A DNA stretch of 24,000 nucleotides. Source: Erysipelotrichaceae bacterium. GTDB lineage: Bacteria > Bacillota_I > Bacilli_A > Erysipelotrichales > Erysipelotrichaceae. A program made the translations under genes and the position numbers. Positions 1 through 8,517 of this stretch are shown here, piece after piece. A model generated the notes under the pieces. It made no database searches. It had not been told where the DNA came from and saw only the letters and a list, made by a program, of their open reading frames with translations. The stretch is taken from contig JAVBWK010000021.1 in NCBI GenBank assembly GCA_036677505.1, positions 18,993 through 42,992 on the forward strand, read 5' to 3'. Numbering within the stretch: position 1 is the stretch's first letter; each line of letters begins with the position of its first letter.

Positions 1-174
1 TGTTATAGCATAAAGCTCATCAAAACCAAGAAATAACTCCTGCCAATTTAGTGTCAAAGTTTCGATGAACTCAAATTTCACAACATCAATCTTCCCTTGT
101 TGGATACTCTTAGTTCCATAAGGAAATGATACGCTTTCATCGGCTAAATCAAACAAGGATAAATCGTCATTCAT
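1..174 (-). CDS. Hypothetical protein, N-terminal 58 codons only (gene continues past the left edge)
   Basis: ATG at 174..172 is preceded by AGGAG (reverse complement of 178..190). The frame stays open to position 1: MNDDLSLFDLADESVSFPYGTKSIQQGKIDVVKFEFIETLTLNWQELFLGFDELYAIT. It is AT-rich relative to the rest of the window. I recall the '...ELF.GFDEL.AIT' tail weakly from N-termini of PLD-type nuclease/helicase proteins, but this is not secure. Confidence 0.5.
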   Translation of the reverse strand, partial: MNDDLSLFDLADESVSFPYGTKSIQQGKIDVVKFEFIETLTLNWQELFLGFDELYAIT

Positions 175-430
175 GTGTTAGCTCCTAAATATCAATTATT
201 ATGAAAATGCATATCAAATATTCTATTCTTTTCCAACATTGTCTTTCTAAATATAACATTGAAGTATACTCTAGTCAAAATTATTATGGCCATAAAATGA
301 ATAGACATATGTAACCTATTTTTAGATTGTGGTATAGATTCATAAGATTAGTTGCATTATTAACATTGCTATAGTCTTACCAAATCAACACAAAATCAAG
401 TTTGAGAAATTGTTACATTCACTCAATATT

Positions 431-2014
431 TCAACCAAGCATATCTTCATTTATTACATCCCACCTGAACAGTTCCCCGCCATATGGAGTGATCAGATCA
501 ATGATCCTCTTAGTAGTCAGGGTCGCCATATTCACATTCGTAGGAATATCCCCAAGCAACACAAATCCGCCGTACTCATTGTCTCCATCCTCATGGATGA
601 CCGGCTCATGGCGCTCTGCAACCGTGAGATGTTCCTGCTCAAAGAGTGGTTGAACTTCATCCATCTGCTTAGCATCCTTAAATGCCATCCGAAACTCCAC
701 CTTCGCAGATCCATGGGGCTGTTGATACAGGTTGAAAAACACCAACGCCTGTGAATTATAGGTAGAGAAATACTCATCCAAGGTCGGCATCAGGTTTCTG
801 TACTGATCATAGCTGGGATCATCGAACGATTCGATGCTTGCGTATTGGATATCCCAATGCTTAAAGTATCGCTCAATACTCCGTAAGGCTAAGGGATGCG
901 CGTAAATCAGATAACTCGCCTCAAACGCATCTTCATCCAGTGTCACACCAGCCACAGCCCAACGGTTACTTCGATAAGCGAACATATCGGCCGGACGCAC
1001 CTGCATGATTTCATAAAACATATCTCTATCCGTTCTTAATTTCAGATTTACCGTAAATGCGGTATGACCGTAAGGCTTAACTTCCTGAATCTCTTTCGCA
1101 ACCGCGACGAACTTCGACTTTCTTTTAAAGATAATCATCTGATCGAAATTTTTCCGCCAGAAATATCTCAAGACCAAAAATATGGTCACTAAAAAAATGA
1201 CAAGCAATAGAAGCAGTGCGAGCCCCAGAGACGTCACTGACTCAGAGTATAGTTGTGAGAGCGGCGGATAGAGCCATAATGATACCGGAATCATGGCGGT
1301 TGAGGCCATGGTGAGAGGCAGTGCATACCTTAATCCGAGAATATAAAATGAGACCGCAAATATAAACAGAAAGCTCAAGGCGGCAATGATCATCAGGATC
1401 ATTGTGCCTGTAAGTCCCGGCATTGGGATTTCCAAGGCCAGAAATATCAGAAAGCCAAAATACAGCGCGGTCGATATGAGAAGAACGATTGCACGGACTT
1501 TATGTTTGTCAGGTTCGACATTCTTTATATGAGATGGCGGATATTTCATATGTCTGGACATTTGTTCGATGTACGAATGTACCAGAAAGCGCTGAGGAAA
1601 CGGAAAATCCTCAAAAGACACCTCATTATCTGATTCTGAGGGTTCGGCATAAACTCTCGCCTGAACTTTGATTTTGTTTGCCCAATTTCGGAAAACCCCC
1701 GTCGTCTGTAATATGACCAAAGGAATGATTACAAAATTCTGGGCTCCACTTAGGTTGGTGGTAATTGACAATGCCACACCGATACCGATGGCCGATATCA
1801 TCGCAAATCCCCACACCAAAAAATTTGCTGAACGCTCAAACCCCCATGTGAAATGAAGGGCTGAGAATATGATTATGTAAATGACTGCGACCCAACACGC
1901 AATATCTGCGATTGCGGGGAGGTCACCGGTAAGAGCAAATAACAACAGAGTTATCCCCAAAACCATACCTGCTGTTCCCAATATCTTATGACGGTCATTC
2001 ATCCAAATCAACAT
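431..2014 (-). CDS. Polytopic membrane protein (about 8 TM segments in two blocks) with a roughly 230-aa soluble C-terminal domain, possibly RraB/DUF695-like
   Basis: This is the 534-aa ORF. I prefer the internal start MLIWMNDRHK at 2014 because GAGGGTG lies 5 nt upstream. Hydrophobic stretches include ILGTAGMVLGITLLLFALTG, IACWVAVIYIIIFSAL, LVWGFAMISAIGIGVALSI and LGLALLLLLVIFLVTIFLVL. The C-terminal end ...RIIDLITPYGGELFRWDV resembles the ...EYDGW terminus of RraB-family domains, from memory. Confidence 0.75.
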   Translation of the reverse strand: MLIWMNDRHKILGTAGMVLGITLLLFALTGDLPAIADIACWVAVIYIIIFSALHFTWGFERSANFLVWGFAMISAIGIGVALSITTNLSGAQNFVIIPLVILQTTGVFRNWANKIKVQARVYAEPSESDNEVSFEDFPFPQRFLVHSYIEQMSRHMKYPPSHIKNVEPDKHKVRAIVLLISTALYFGFLIFLALEIPMPGLTGTMILMIIAALSFLFIFAVSFYILGLRYALPLTMASTAMIPVSLWLYPPLSQLYSESVTSLGLALLLLLVIFLVTIFLVLRYFWRKNFDQMIIFKRKSKFVAVAKEIQEVKPYGHTAFTVNLKLRTDRDMFYEIMQVRPADMFAYRSNRWAVAGVTLDEDAFEASYLIYAHPLALRSIERYFKHWDIQYASIESFDDPSYDQYRNLMPTLDEYFSTYNSQALVFFNLYQQPHGSAKVEFRMAFKDAKQMDEVQPLFEQEHLTVAERHEPVIHEDGDNEYGGFVLLGDIPTNVNMATLTTKRIIDLITPYGGELFRWDVINEDMLG

Positions 2015-2146
2015 AATTTCACCCTCACTACGCAACTTCTATTATACGAAAGTATCATCAATTCTGACAGAAGAAATTTGAACGTTCATGTCATATTTCT
2101 GCCATAATCCTTTGGGATAATAAAGATGCTTAAAGGAGGTGTGCAC

Positions 2147-2314
2147 ATGCCACTGCTATGGATCGCTGCCGGAGTGCTGATTTACTATCTGTTCTTCAAA
2201 GACACAAAAGGATCGTCACACTCAGCTGCTGAAGAGATGCTCAGACAACGCTACGTCAACGGCGAGATTGATGAAGCCCAATACAACCGAATGAAAGAAA
2301 CACTACGAAAATAG
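2147..2314 (+). CDS. Small single-pass membrane protein with a C-terminal SHOCT domain
   Basis: AAGGAGG at 2133..2139 sits 7 nt before ATG 2147; the ORF-track start at 2126 has no RBS. It has one TM segment (PLLWIAAGVLIYYLFF) followed by RQRYVNGEIDEAQYNRMKETL, the typical SHOCT signature. Confidence 0.75.
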   Translation: MPLLWIAAGVLIYYLFFKDTKGSSHSAAEEMLRQRYVNGEIDEAQYNRMKETLRK

Positions 2315-2332
2315 TGAAAAGGAGAGAAAAAT

Positions 2333-2596
2333 ATGATGTACTTTAATCAAGGATTTGACGGGTTCAGCCGTTGGGGCGGATGTTTCAACCGCGGCTACTT
2401 CGGCTATTTCGGACCGTGGACCATGATGATCGGATGGGGCATTGCGATATTGATCGTTGCACTGATTGTCTGGGCTGTGTTGAAAAAGAAAAGAGAAAAT
2501 GACCCCATTTTACTCAGCTTAAAAGAAAAATTCGTTCGCGGCGAAATCACGGAAGATGAATATCTGAGCAAAAAGAGAACGTTGAATCTGAAATAA
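2333..2596 (+). CDS. Small membrane protein with a Gly/aromatic-rich N-terminus and a C-terminal SHOCT domain
   Basis: GGAGAG lies upstream of ATG 2333. One TM segment (IGWGIAILIVALIVWAVL) is followed by LKEKFVRGEITEDEYLSKKRTL (SHOCT). Its stop overlaps the next start (TAATG at 2594..2598). Confidence 0.75.
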   Translation: MMYFNQGFDGFSRWGGCFNRGYFGYFGPWTMMIGWGIAILIVALIVWAVLKKKRENDPILLSLKEKFVRGEITEDEYLSKKRTLNLK

Positions 2597-3222
2597 TGAG
2601 AAAACTTCTTGTTGCTCTGATTGTGACCGGGGTCCTGCTTTTAGGAGCAGGACTGACCGGCCTCTTTTTAACTGATGATGACCGTGAAATCCGCGAAGAA
2701 GATAAATATACTTTGGAAGAACTGACCGAAAACGTTGAGACATTGTTAGAAAACTATAGTGAACCGCTTAAAATATCGATGATCTACGTGTTTGAGGATC
2801 GTGATCCTTATTTCCTGATTACCGAAGTCGATACCGGTCGCGGAGCCATGGAGCTGCGCGCCAGCATCCGGACCGGCCAAATCTACCCCGACCGCTCCAT
2901 CGCGAGCATGTGGAACGTAAAATACATGCAACGCATGAGGAATCGTCGTATAATGGGAGCAGGAATGATGGGCGGCTATACCCGATATTATGATTTCGAC
3001 AATGAGTACACTCATGAAGAAGCCGTCGAAATCGCACAGAACTACGTTACTCTCAAGATGGACGGATATATCCTTGACTCAAACCACCATACCTTCTACG
3101 GCTACTATGTCTTTCATCTGTTGAAAGACAGTGAAATCGTCGGTATCCTGCGCGTCAATGCATATTCCGGACAAGCAGTATTCAGCCGTTTTAGCGGAAC
3201 TCTTGTTGAAATCAATAAATAA
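2596..3222 (+). CDS. Membrane-anchored extracytoplasmic protein with PepSY-like repeat(s) and a Met/Gly-rich loop
   Basis: It has an N-terminal anchor (LLVALIVTGVLLLGAGLTGLFL). The C-terminal segment EEAVEIAQNYVTLKMDGYILDS...YYVFHLLKDSEIVGILRVNAYSGQAVF fits the PepSY pattern. A Met-rich stretch, SMWNVKYMQRMRNRRIMGAGMMGG, lies at 2908..2970. Confidence 0.65.
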   Translation: MRKLLVALIVTGVLLLGAGLTGLFLTDDDREIREEDKYTLEELTENVETLLENYSEPLKISMIYVFEDRDPYFLITEVDTGRGAMELRASIRTGQIYPDRSIASMWNVKYMQRMRNRRIMGAGMMGGYTRYYDFDNEYTHEEAVEIAQNYVTLKMDGYILDSNHHTFYGYYVFHLLKDSEIVGILRVNAYSGQAVFSRFSGTLVEINK

Positions 3223-3231
3223 GGAGAATTT

Positions 3232-3918
3232 GTGACACATCGCATCCTCATCGTTGAAGACCAACCTGAAATCAGTTCCATCGTGCTTCGCTACTTACAA
3301 AGCGAAAACTACTTGGCCGATGTGGCCCAAGACGGCTTTGATGCGCTCAAACGATTCAACCAACAAATCTACCATCTGGTCATCCTGGATGTCATGATGC
3401 CCGGCATCAACGGCTTTGAAGTGCTTAGAGACATCCGAAACATCTCTGAAGTTCCGGTCATCATGCTCACCGCAAAAAGTGCGGAGGACGATAAAATCAC
3501 TGGCTTCGACTTTGGGGCGGATGACTACATCGTCAAACCTTTCAGTCCCAAAGAACTGCTACGACGAGTGAAAGCGATATTAAGAAGAGTGTATGGGGAG
3601 AGTGATGAAATCATTCTGACCATCCCCCCGCTCAAACTCTACGAAACCCGGATGAAAGTGGAAAAAGACAATGTTGAAGTTGAGTTAACTGCCAGTGAAT
3701 TCAAACTTCTCTATGCCCTGATGAAACACAAAGGTCAGATACTGACCCGTGAACAGATTATCCGACAAGCCTTCAGTGATGATTACGAAGGCGTGGATCG
3801 TAACATCGACTCCCTCATCAAACGTCTTCGCCAGAAAATTGAAGACGACCCCAAAAATCCCACCCTCATCCTCACCAAATACGGTGCCGGATACATGTTT
3901 GGAGGTGAAACACCATGA
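3232..3918 (+). CDS. OmpR/PhoB-family response regulator
   Basis: GTG start at 3232 follows AAGGAG. The receiver domain carries the phospho-acceptor Asp in LVILDVMMPG (D53, 3388..3390). The winged-helix C-terminus reads LTASEFKLLYALMKH...VDRNIDSLIKRLRQKIE...ILTKYGAGYMF. Confidence 0.93.
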   Translation: MTHRILIVEDQPEISSIVLRYLQSENYLADVAQDGFDALKRFNQQIYHLVILDVMMPGINGFEVLRDIRNISEVPVIMLTAKSAEDDKITGFDFGADDYIVKPFSPKELLRRVKAILRRVYGESDEIILTIPPLKLYETRMKVEKDNVEVELTASEFKLLYALMKHKGQILTREQIIRQAFSDDYEGVDRNIDSLIKRLRQKIEDDPKNPTLILTKYGAGYMFGGETP

Positions 3919-5282
3919 GCATCCGAAAACTGTGGCTGATCGTGCTGACCTTGGTCGCCACCCTTTCCATTGCTATCAACGCCATAATCCTCACCTCCCT
4001 GACTGACCGCTACTTCAAAACGTATCTCAGTGAAACCTATGAAGAGCATATCGATCAGATGCTTACCTACATTGTAAGTTCATTGAAGCAGGAGAACATT
4101 TCTCTGCGCCAGATGGCCATCGAACTTGAAAGTCATCTGGATACTCCCATCGTCAGAATCAAGCTCTACGGTCCCAACGGACTGCTCTTGGTCGCGGTTG
4201 AGGATCGTGATTATGACCCGCGGGACATCGGACGCATGGGCATGATGGACTTCATGTTCCGCATCGGCGAAGAAGAAGTCGACACTTTCGATGTCATGGA
4301 CAACGGCGTTTTGCTGGGAAAACTCAACATCACCAAACAAAGTTCTGCCGAGAGCTCAGTGATTGCCATGATGTTTAAATCCCGACTGTTTGTCAACAGT
4401 CTGATCTCCACCGGAATCGCCCTTATCATCACCCTACTGGTCGGCGCATTCATTAGCAAGCGCATGAGCAAAGACCTCACCGACACCGCACAGCTAGCCT
4501 CAAACATCCAAATCGGCAATCCTCTGGAAAATAAATCCTCCTCCATTCAAGAGATCAGTCAGATTCAAAACAGTCTGCACGATCTCAACACCCGCCTGAA
4601 AATCAAGCAGAAAAGCCGTAAAACGATGGTCGACCAACTCGTCCACCAAACCAAAACACCGCTCACCATCCTGAAATCCCACGTCGAAGCCATGGAAGAT
4701 GGGGTCATCCAGATATCCAAAGAAGAACTGGCCATCTTCCAAGATCAGATCGACCATCTCAACAACATCCTCTCCAATATGAGCACCATGATCGATGCCG
4801 AAAAAGAAAGTGAAACACTCACCCTGGAAACCGTTGACATCCATCAGCTTCTCAACCAAATCATTCTTGGCATGCGCTCACAGTTCGACAAAAAAGGTCT
4901 TGAACTGAAACTCCTCTCAACGACCAAAGTTAAACTGTTGACTGACCCTTATAAACTCAGCCAAGTTCTATATAATCTGCTAACCAATGCATATAAATAC
5001 ACGGAAAAAGGAAGAGTTGAAATCAGTGTCAAAGAAAATCAAGACACCTTGTCTATCTCAATTTCCGATACCGGTATCGGCATCGAACCTACCGAAATCA
5101 ACAACATTTTCAATGCCTATGTTCGCGGCACCTCTGTAACAAAGATTCCGGGAGAAGGCATCGGATTGTATGTCGTTAAAGAGAATCTCACCCAACTGAG
5201 CGGATCGATCGACGTACAATCAACCCTTGGCAAAGGAAGTACATTCACCATAAAACTGCCAATTAGAGACACACAGGAATAA
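3915..5282 (+). CDS. Sensor histidine kinase with two TM segments, a roughly 130-aa extracytoplasmic loop, and HisKA plus HATPase_c domains
   Basis: The start overlaps the regulator's stop (ATGA, 3915..3918). The H-box is LVHQTKTPLT (His at 4644..4646), the N-box LYNLLTNAYKYT, G1 ISDTGIGI and G2 GEGIGL. TM segments lie at about residues 5-28 and 160-180. Confidence 0.93.
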   Translation: MSIRKLWLIVLTLVATLSIAINAIILTSLTDRYFKTYLSETYEEHIDQMLTYIVSSLKQENISLRQMAIELESHLDTPIVRIKLYGPNGLLLVAVEDRDYDPRDIGRMGMMDFMFRIGEEEVDTFDVMDNGVLLGKLNITKQSSAESSVIAMMFKSRLFVNSLISTGIALIITLLVGAFISKRMSKDLTDTAQLASNIQIGNPLENKSSSIQEISQIQNSLHDLNTRLKIKQKSRKTMVDQLVHQTKTPLTILKSHVEAMEDGVIQISKEELAIFQDQIDHLNNILSNMSTMIDAEKESETLTLETVDIHQLLNQIILGMRSQFDKKGLELKLLSTTKVKLLTDPYKLSQVLYNLLTNAYKYTEKGRVEISVKENQDTLSISISDTGIGIEPTEINNIFNAYVRGTSVTKIPGEGIGLYVVKENLTQLSGSIDVQSTLGKGSTFTIKLPIRDTQE

Positions 5283-5299
5283 AATCCTGTGTTTTTTTA
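5271..5299 (+). terminator. Rho-independent terminator of the two-component operon
   Basis: The stem ACACAGGA (5271..5278) pairs with TCCTGTGT (5285..5292) across a 6-nt loop, followed by T7 (5293..5299). It overlaps the kinase stop codon. Confidence 0.85.
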
Positions 5300-5380
5300 C
5301 TTTTTCTTAGGAACTTTATGATTGTTGACATATTAAGTAGTGAGCATCAATTATACAAAAATACCATCTCCATCCACCAA

Positions 5381-5401
5381 AAAAGGGCAATGCCCTTTTT
5401 A
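5381..5401. terminator. Short bidirectional hairpin terminator at the 3' end of the minus-strand operon
   Basis: AAAAAGGGCAATGCCCTTTTT has a GGGC/GCCC core flanked by A5 and T5, so it reads as hairpin plus U-run on either strand. It overlaps the amidohydrolase stop (5399..5401). Confidence 0.6.
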
Positions 5402-6658
5402 TACTCCATGAAATGCTTTATATTGCTCAACGGTCATCAGCGGTTTGAAATTGTCCTTGATGTTATTCAACACCTTGGGATCCGATAGCAGCTTTTCTAC
5501 TGCACCCAACGTGACCACCACCGGATATACTAACGCCTCCGTTGGATTGTCCATACAGAAATCCGCACCGTGCACCACGCCTTTACAACCAGAGAAACCA
5601 AACTGAACGGTCGGCACAAACAACGAGCAATCCCCAATGTCCCCCGCCGCAAACGATTTCTGATGGTTGACAATATTGTCTCCGACACATTCTGCCATCA
5701 GCGGACGCAAAACCTCACTCAACTCTTCGGACTGTTTGAGCGGGAAATATCCGGGTGTACTTTCAATTTCCACTTGCGCAAACAATGCTTTGGCACTGTG
5801 TGTGACCGTGTGATCGATCTTCTCACTGATCTGATTTAAGATATGGGTATCAATCGAACGGACATATCCCTCCAACACCGTCTTCGAAGGAACCGCATTG
5901 ACCGACTGACCGCCCAACGTACTCATCAGATGAACACGAATCAGATCCTCTTCCCTAAACGTTTCCCTCAACAATCCGATCGCAGTTTGAGCCAGAGCCA
6001 TCGCACTCAACGCATTGACTCCCAAATGAGGGGCCACTGCCGCATGCGAACTCTTACCGACAAACGTATACTTCTTATATACAAACCCGCTGAGCATCGA
6101 GTTGATCTCCATCTTCGGACGATCGGTCGCACCCATGGTATGACAGCTGATCAGCACATCGACATCACGGAATCGATCTTCAATGATCAGATTCTGCTTT
6201 CCGGAAAGTAATTTGATCTTGCCTTGATCGCGCAACTGCTTGCGTGCATCCAAATCCACAAATTCCTCCGCCGCAATGAAATAGCATGTAACCTTCCCTT
6301 GAGTGACGGTTTTTTTCGTAGCGAGGATTTTCATGACACCAGTCATGATCGCTGACTGTAAGTGATGACCGCACGCATGGGCTGCCCCATCTGACGCAGA
6401 TGCCATAAAGTGATGGGTCACGACCAGCGCATCCATCTCCGCAATCAGACCGATGTGCGGCTTTCCTTGTCCGATCGACACCGAAAAGCCGCTTAACCCA
6501 AAGTCCTCAATGTCAACATCTTCATTGTTAAAGAGATCGAGCAAATACGCTTTGGTCCGCTGCTCCTTAAACCCCAACTCCGGCATCGCAAACAAATCCT
6601 TCTCCCAAGCGATCAAATCAGACTGAAAGTCCGTAACGATCTTCATCCAATCCGACAT
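5399..6658 (-). CDS. M20-family metallo-amidohydrolase (AbgB/PM20D2-like subgroup)
   Basis: I chose the start at 6658 (MSDWMKIV...) because GGGAGGG lies upstream and it avoids a 120-nt overlap with the previous gene. Motifs are AAHACGHHLQSA (the HxCGH metal site of M20 amidohydrolases), IAAEE, and a dimerisation-domain-sized insert. Confidence 0.8.
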   Translation of the reverse strand: MSDWMKIVTDFQSDLIAWEKDLFAMPELGFKEQRTKAYLLDLFNNEDVDIEDFGLSGFSVSIGQGKPHIGLIAEMDALVVTHHFMASASDGAAHACGHHLQSAIMTGVMKILATKKTVTQGKVTCYFIAAEEFVDLDARKQLRDQGKIKLLSGKQNLIIEDRFRDVDVLISCHTMGATDRPKMEINSMLSGFVYKKYTFVGKSSHAAVAPHLGVNALSAMALAQTAIGLLRETFREEDLIRVHLMSTLGGQSVNAVPSKTVLEGYVRSIDTHILNQISEKIDHTVTHSAKALFAQVEIESTPGYFPLKQSEELSEVLRPLMAECVGDNIVNHQKSFAAGDIGDCSLFVPTVQFGFSGCKGVVHGADFCMDNPTEALVYPVVVTLGAVEKLLSDPKVLNNIKDNFKPLMTVEQYKAFHGV

Positions 6659-6659
6659 A

Positions 6660-7592
6660 TTATCCCTCCCTGTCCAGTATTCTCGCATTCTCAACGAACA
6701 CGTCGATAAACGCCTGCCGATCGACATCGACCAGCACTTTCGCATTGATTTTTCTTTTATCCGCCCAACTGCGCACATCGCCCACGGTTTTCCCGCGCGT
6801 CAGTTCCCCCTGCGTTTCCACATCTACAAACAATTCCACAGACGTGAAAAGATCAGGAGCCAACAGTTCTACGACCGGACACAAATCAAACAGCGGACTG
6901 CCCGGTTGTCCCAAATGTTTAGCATACTGCGAATAAAACTCCAACAGCTCATACGTCAGTCTGGACGCTTTGCCCTTGGTATTGAACCGATCGATCTCAG
7001 AGTGAAGAATCATCGCACGATGACACACTTCCAACCCACTCATCGTAATTTCTATACCTGAAGCAAACACGACCTTCGCCGCCTGCGGATCCACATAAAT
7101 ATTAAACTCTGCCTGCGAAGTGATATTCCCCGAATACAGCGAACCGCCCATCAGGGCAATTCGCTTTATTCTGTTTTTTATTGTTGGATACTTCATCAGA
7201 AGCATAGCCACATTGGTCAACGGACCGGTCGCAACGATCGTCACCTTATCTTGTTGAGCAGAGAGCGTCTGATACATCCACTCCACCGCATCCAACCCCG
7301 TCACCGAAAACTTCGATTCCGAAAGTATCGGACCGTCCATCCCGCTTTGCCCGTGAGCCACCGGCTGCACATATGTTTTGCCATCCAATGAACACGAAGC
7401 TCCGACGCTGACCTCAACTTTTCGATCAAGATACGAAAGAACCTTAAGCAGATTATCCGTCACTTTCTGAACCGTCTGATTTCCCGCCACCGTCGTACAT
7501 CCCAGCAGTTCAAACTGCTGCGGATGTGCTAACAGTGCACACAACGCAAAAATATCATCGTGCCCCGGATCACAGTCAAAAATGATTTTCAT
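6660..7592 (-). CDS. Inosine/uridine-preferring (IUNH-family) nucleoside hydrolase
   Basis: The start MKIIFDCDPGHDDIFAL contains the DxDxxxDD Ca2+/ribose-binding fingerprint (7554..7577), with AAAGGGGAG upstream. Length is about 310 aa. The TGPLTNVA motif is present. Confidence 0.88.
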   Translation of the reverse strand: MKIIFDCDPGHDDIFALCALLAHPQQFELLGCTTVAGNQTVQKVTDNLLKVLSYLDRKVEVSVGASCSLDGKTYVQPVAHGQSGMDGPILSESKFSVTGLDAVEWMYQTLSAQQDKVTIVATGPLTNVAMLLMKYPTIKNRIKRIALMGGSLYSGNITSQAEFNIYVDPQAAKVVFASGIEITMSGLEVCHRAMILHSEIDRFNTKGKASRLTYELLEFYSQYAKHLGQPGSPLFDLCPVVELLAPDLFTSVELFVDVETQGELTRGKTVGDVRSWADKRKINAKVLVDVDRQAFIDVFVENARILDREG

Positions 7593-7593
7593 C

Positions 7594-8517
7594 TTACTCC
7601 CCTTTGATCTTAGCGCGGCGATACTCAATGATCGAGTACGCTACGATACCGACAAACACCGCCACATACGGAATGGTCTGAATGATTTCGGATGGCAAAG
7701 CGAACAATTGCAAGGCATTGGAAAGTGCATCAAACATCCCAAACAGAAACGCCGTCATCGTCACCAGCCACACATTGCCCATACCCATCGCCTCCGCCGC
7801 CAAACCGATAAACCCGCGACCGGCCGTCATATTTTGGGTAAAGAACGAAAGATATCCCATCGACATATAGGCACCGCCCAACGCCGCCAGCAAACCGCTC
7901 AGCAACAACGCAATCGTCTTGATCTGCCTGACATTCACCCCAACGGACTCCGCCGCATGCGGATCTTTACCGACCGCCTTCATACGCAAGCCCAACGGCG
8001 TCTGATACATCAGCAGATACACCAAAATGACCGCCGCAAACATAATATACGCCAACACATTGTGACCCGAAAATATTCTTCCTAAAATCGGGATATTCTC
8101 CAATATCGGAATGTTGATTTTCGGAAGCGACCGCGCACTTAACGTTGCACTGGTCCCTTTGGAACCGGTGATGATAAACAACAGGAAAACCGTAAATGAA
8201 CTTGAAAATAAGTTGAGAGCAATCCCTCCCAAAATATTGTTCGTCTTCAATATCAACGTAAAATACGAAAGAATCGAAGCCATGATCATCCCTGCCAGAC
8301 ATGCTGCCAGCAAGCCGATCCACGCATTCTGCGTAAACGCACTGGTTACCGTACCGATAAACGCCGCCATCAGCATCATACCTTCAATCGCAATATTCGC
8401 AATGCCTGCACTATTGGCAATATACGCCGCCAACGCCGCAAACAATATCGGAACAACGACCCGGATGACCGTAAAGCCAAACTCCGGCGTCAGCATAATG
8501 TTCAATACATCAAGCAT
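7594..8517 (-). CDS. ABC transporter permease (BMP/CUT2 nucleoside-type importer, second permease)
   Basis: A 307-aa, highly hydrophobic polytopic protein. Its start overlaps the previous stop by 8 nt, with GGGAGG upstream. Its position and composition match NupQ/RbsC-like permeases. Confidence 0.85.
   Translation of the reverse strand: MLDVLNIMLTPEFGFTVIRVVVPILFAALAAYIANSAGIANIAIEGMMLMAAFIGTVTSAFTQNAWIGLLAACLAGMIMASILSYFTLILKTNNILGGIALNLFSSSFTVFLLFIITGSKGTSATLSARSLPKINIPILENIPILGRIFSGHNVLAYIMFAAVILVYLLMYQTPLGLRMKAVGKDPHAAESVGVNVRQIKTIALLLSGLLAALGGAYMSMGYLSFFTQNMTAGRGFIGLAAEAMGMGNVWLVTMTAFLFGMFDALSNALQLFALPSEIIQTIPYVAVFVGIVAYSIIEYRRAKIKGE

Noticed and set aside
175-430. The AT-rich spacer, considered as a remnant of a mobile element or an attachment site.
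   Set aside because: I could find no terminal inverted repeats, direct repeats, tRNA gene, or integrase or transposase fragment in any frame.
2050-2125. An imperfect inverted repeat (CAGAAGAAAT ... ATTTCTGC) and TTGAAC/CATAAT hexamers upstream of the SHOCT/two-component operon, considered as a response-regulator binding site or promoter.
   Set aside because: The hexamer spacing is 19 nt, and the repeat is short and imperfect. I cannot distinguish it from chance in AT-rich intergenic DNA by eye.
5300-5400. A possible small RNA or small ORF between the two convergent terminators. TTGACA lies at 5325..5330, and an ATG at 5318 follows a weak AGGAA and opens a ~56-codon frame.
   Set aside because: No convincing -10 element sits at 17-18 nt; the best candidate, AATTAT, matches 4 of 6 positions. 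The ORF runs through the terminator hairpin and antisense into the amidohydrolase gene. Any transcript would be only about 40 nt. The support is insufficient without expression data.
6659-6778. A 40-codon N-terminal extension of the M20 amidohydrolase ORF. Similar extensions occur at 7593..7628 (nucleoside hydrolase), 11119..11178 (ATPase), 2015..2035 (membrane protein) and 2126..2146 (SHOCT protein).
   Set aside because: The extensions overlap the upstream gene or lack an RBS. The internal ATGs at 6658, 7592, 11118, 2014 and 2147 each have a well-spaced GGAGG-type RBS and begin at conserved family N-termini, for example MKIIFDCDPGHDD.
7582-8085. A 167-aa plus-strand ORF rich in Arg, His and Gln.
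   Set aside because: It lies entirely antisense to a well-supported permease gene. It has low-complexity, biased composition typical of the reverse frame of a hydrophobic protein, and no RBS. The same reasoning applies to 8111..8566, 8996..9349, 10417..10809, 13598..14044, 15562..15942, 15671..16120, 5843..6211 and other antisense ORFs in the track.
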